A stretch of DNA of 63,785 nt, counting the filler, from Lenisia limosa (taxonomy: Eukaryota; Protista; Breviatea), in NCBI GenBank assembly GCA_001655205.1. It is 15 parts of 15 records of this genome, joined end to end, with 100 filler letters (N's around TTAATTAATTAA, not from the genome) between each part and the next. Parts side by side here need not be neighbours in the genome. Positions count along the whole stretch, not along the records: positions 61,070 to 62,516 come from LPNZ01001488.1; positions 62,617 to 63,785 come from LPNZ01000612.1; 13 more parts are not named here. One strand, written 5' to 3'. Positions within the stretch are counted from its first letter, which is position 1; each line of letters begins with the position of its first letter. Positions 61,370 through 63,785 of this stretch are shown here, piece after piece. Both the position numbers and the translations under genes were made by a program. Below the pieces are notes generated by a model, which saw nothing but the letters and a program-made list of their open reading frames with translations, was not told the DNA's origin and searched no databases.

Positions 61370-62451
61370 GAGGAGAGCTGTTTTTGGCGCTGGGCAGCCA
61401 GGTTCGGTCACTCTGCTCATCAGTCGACTTCCTACCTTCAAAATCGGCCGAATTAGTCAAGGTTGGGTGTCGTCCTTCTGTGAGATTGTTATATCTAGAA
61501 AGCCCATAAAAAAAAAAAATAAAAAAAATAAAAAGCATTAATAGCATTTCATCGTTCCCCCACAGGTCTCCGTTTTCCATCAGTTGAGATGGACATCTCT
61601 CCCCGCCCTGAGACGACCTCTTTCTAAAGGTACTAGGGATAACGGGGGGGTATGATGGCAGTTATAACAGGGAGTGTAGATCATGGTATTATGGAATCTG
61701 TAGTGAGTGCATTATTAATTCAATATCTCTTATCAGCATGATGGTGGGGACGGCTCCAGATTCTATGATCCAATATCTCTTCTAAGCGTGATGGTGGGGA
61801 CAGCTTCGGCCAGATACAACCTTGTTTTATTTCTCTATGTACTCGGGGGGTGGTGGGGTATCTACAAAGGGGGTTGGCAGCGTCTGTAGTTAAAAAAAGG
61901 TGATAAAAGTGATAAAAATTATAAAAGTGATAAATGTGGTATTTAGGGGTATAGATGGGTATGGGAATTCACCCCCCACCCCATGTTCATAATCCTCCAT
62001 TGTACCCTGGGGTNNNNNNNNNNNNNNNNNNNNNNNNNNNNNNNNNNNNNNNNNNNNNNNNNNNNNNNNNNNNNNNNNNNNNNNNNNNNNNNNNNNNNNN
62101 NNNNNNNNNNNNNNNNNNNNNNNNNNNNNNNNNNNNNNNNNNNNNNNNNNNNNNACCATTGGCCCAACCCGGGCCTGCCGCCCTGGCCTTGGAGGTGGGG
62201 GGTAAGGTCCGGCTATGAGCTAACAATAGAGTAAAAACAAGAAATACCCATAGAGTAGGTAATATTATTCCATGACCCTTTTTAGAAGCTTGCCATTTCT
62301 GGATTGTCTAGCTTCCTTGACTCCCTACCTGAAGCAACACCAGCCGAAATTACGCCACACGGACAGTTGCCATGCTCATCGATCTTTTCTGTTTCCGAGT
62401 CCCTCTTTGTCCTCGAGGATTCTGTTCTGGATGTCTACTACCTGCCGACGG
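61370..62451 (+). CDS. Multi-exon gene fragment, unknown product
   Basis: Phase-consistent exons GELFLALGSQVRSLCSSVDFLPSKSAELVK | VSVFHQLRWTSLPALRRPLSK with strong splice signals. Confidence 0.4.
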
Positions 62452-62689
62452 GTATGGGGGGTCAATATCACGGCTTTTTTTGTTTCATAAATGTTCCAAT
62501 TTTACTCCCCCCCCCCNNNNNNNNNNNNNNNNNNNNNNNNNNNNNNNNNNNNNNNNNNNNTTAATTAATTAANNNNNNNNNNNNNNNNNNNNNNNNNNNN
62601 NNNNNNNNNNNNNNNNTACACCAACAGAACAACACCACTATCATCATCATCATCATCGCCACCACCATCTATCAACAATCCCCCCTCCA

Positions 62690-63360
62690 ACAATGTCAGG
62701 CTCAGGAAAGACTGAGTCAGCGAGGGGTAGTATGATGACAGTATGTGGGTCCTGGCCGGGTAACAGTCCTTGATATAGCGAAACTGTTGCAGGATGCGTG
62801 GATGATCGATCTGGGGGGTGAGGTAATGACACGGCCCATCAACTTGGGAGTCTTGTGAAAACGTTGGAATTCCCGTATTTCACATAGGAATACCATGGAA
62901 TTTTATGGAAATTTAAAGAAATTTATGGGATTCCCAAATAATACAAGGGAATCGGAGGGTGAGTTGGATCAAAACTAGAATTTTTTCAGCAAAAAAGCGC
63001 AAAATTTACTCTGTTGGACTTGCAACACACGAAGGTTAAAACACCAAAACAAACACCGCCAAGGCCAGTCGCTTCATGAAGGCAACGTCTACTTATGAAG
63101 GGGGTGGGTCTACTAATTAAGATGGTTCAGTCCTTTTTTTTTGTTTTTGCCAAAAATGGATATCGCGGAGTAGTTTTCCGGATGAAACCTTGATAGGATG
63201 AAACAGTAAGAGGGGAGTGCGAGGGGAGGACTGGCAATGATAAATTATAACGTTGTATCTGTTTTTATTCTCAAAAATTACCAGAGGGAAAAGACACAAC
63301 ACTTACCAGCAGAAAACGACATGACATTGAACGAAGGGTCAACGTAAGGTCCGTGAATGG
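62690..63360 (-). CDS. Multi-exon gene fragment, unknown product
   Basis: Acceptor TCACCCCCCAG| then IDHPRILQQFRYIKDCYPARTHILSSYYPSL; upstream donor GTAAGT near 63303. Confidence 0.35.
62830..62953. mobile_element. CACTA/CMC-like MITE (family F), diverged, right end truncated
   Basis: Collinear with 27529-27677 (AAAACGTTGGAATTCCC...GGAATTTTAT...GGGAATC). Confidence 0.6.
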
Positions 63361-63686
63361 TCGTTCTGGCGTATTAGTACAACCCCATGTAATTATTTGT
63401 TTTAAGAAGGATTTCGTGCAATTAATTACTAATTAATAAAATTTTGAATTGTCTGAAATGGGGTCCTCATTACAATTATGGATTGTCATGAGGGTTATTT
63501 ATTTTTGAATTATTTATTGTGGGGTTTTAGGGTTTTTGTTGAGTTATTTGGGGCGGCAGCCTTACAGCTCTGTGTACACAGCTTTCTGAGAGCCACACCA
63601 GCTTATAGCTAGCAGTATTTTAATATCGAAAAAAGAGATGAGAAATAAAAATAGGTTCTATCTGGCCATATCAACACATTATACCT

Positions 63687-63784
63687 TGGGCTTACTTCGG
63701 TTCGAAAATAATCGGTAAAATATCGGTAGTTTTCGAGGATTTATCGAGAAATTCAGTCTTTTTTCGAACCGAAGTGAAGCCCTA
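63687..63784. mobile_element. hAT-type MITE family A (A1)
   Basis: TGGGCTT-ACTTCGGTTCGAAAA...TTTTCGAACCGAAGTGAAGCCCTA. Confidence 0.85.
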
Positions 63785-63785
63785 A

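Noticed and set aside
17871-62572. Recurrent TTAATTAATTAA as a biological repeat or elimination signal
   Set aside because: Always centred in exactly 44 N on each side and encodes stops in all frames: a concatenation linker.
17203-62572. Long X-containing ORFs in the supplied track
   Set aside because: They are open only because they run through N gaps.
22124-63075. Classifying families B or D as Helitrons or tRNA-SINEs
   Set aside because: No 5' TC / 3' CTRR with A|T insertion, no A/B boxes, no poly-A tail or TSD seen; left unclassified.
17105-63784. Palindromic ~95-bp repeats as CRISPR repeats, REP elements or terminators
   Set aside because: They are dispersed, have no spacers, lie in eukaryotic introns, and have TIRs with 8-bp TSDs, i.e. 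MITEs.
1-63785. Functional gene cluster or operon-like system across the window
   Set aside because: The window is about 15 independent scaffolds; genes within the first scaffold are functionally unrelated housekeeping genes.

Overview
This is eukaryotic nuclear DNA from a fragmented draft assembly. About 15 unrelated scaffolds are joined by an artificial spacer (44 N + TTAATTAATTAA + 44 N, 14 copies), so neighbourhoods across spacers are meaningless. Genes are rich in GT-AG introns, so the supplied ORF track mostly shows fragments and all gene models below are my manual splice reconstructions. Recognisable genes: C-terminus of a bacterial-type glycine-cleavage P2 subunit (gcvPB), RWDD1, PUS1, a CENP-C/Mif2-like cupin protein, NAGPA, symplekin, exportin-4, PTBP, a Kelch protein, a Cys-rich GCC2/GCC3-type receptor and MYBBP1A/Pol5, plus several orphans. 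The gcvPB type hints at an anaerobic protist (inference only). Introns are crowded with at least seven small repeat families: hAT, Tc1/pogo and CACTA-like MITEs, and unclassified repeats. Most striking observations: (1) many expanded introns have G-rich 5' and C-rich 3' ends that are reverse complements, up to a perfect 12-bp stem at the termini; (2) an orientation-locked ~130-190 bp repeat forms the 3' splice site of many introns in about 9 unrelated genes; (3) a 1.67-kb hAT transposon with a perfect 8-bp TSD carries a RecQ-type helicase fragment upstream of its transposase remnant; (4) predicted 23-24 nt micro-introns coexist with kb-size introns. I saw no rRNA, tRNA or CRISPR array.
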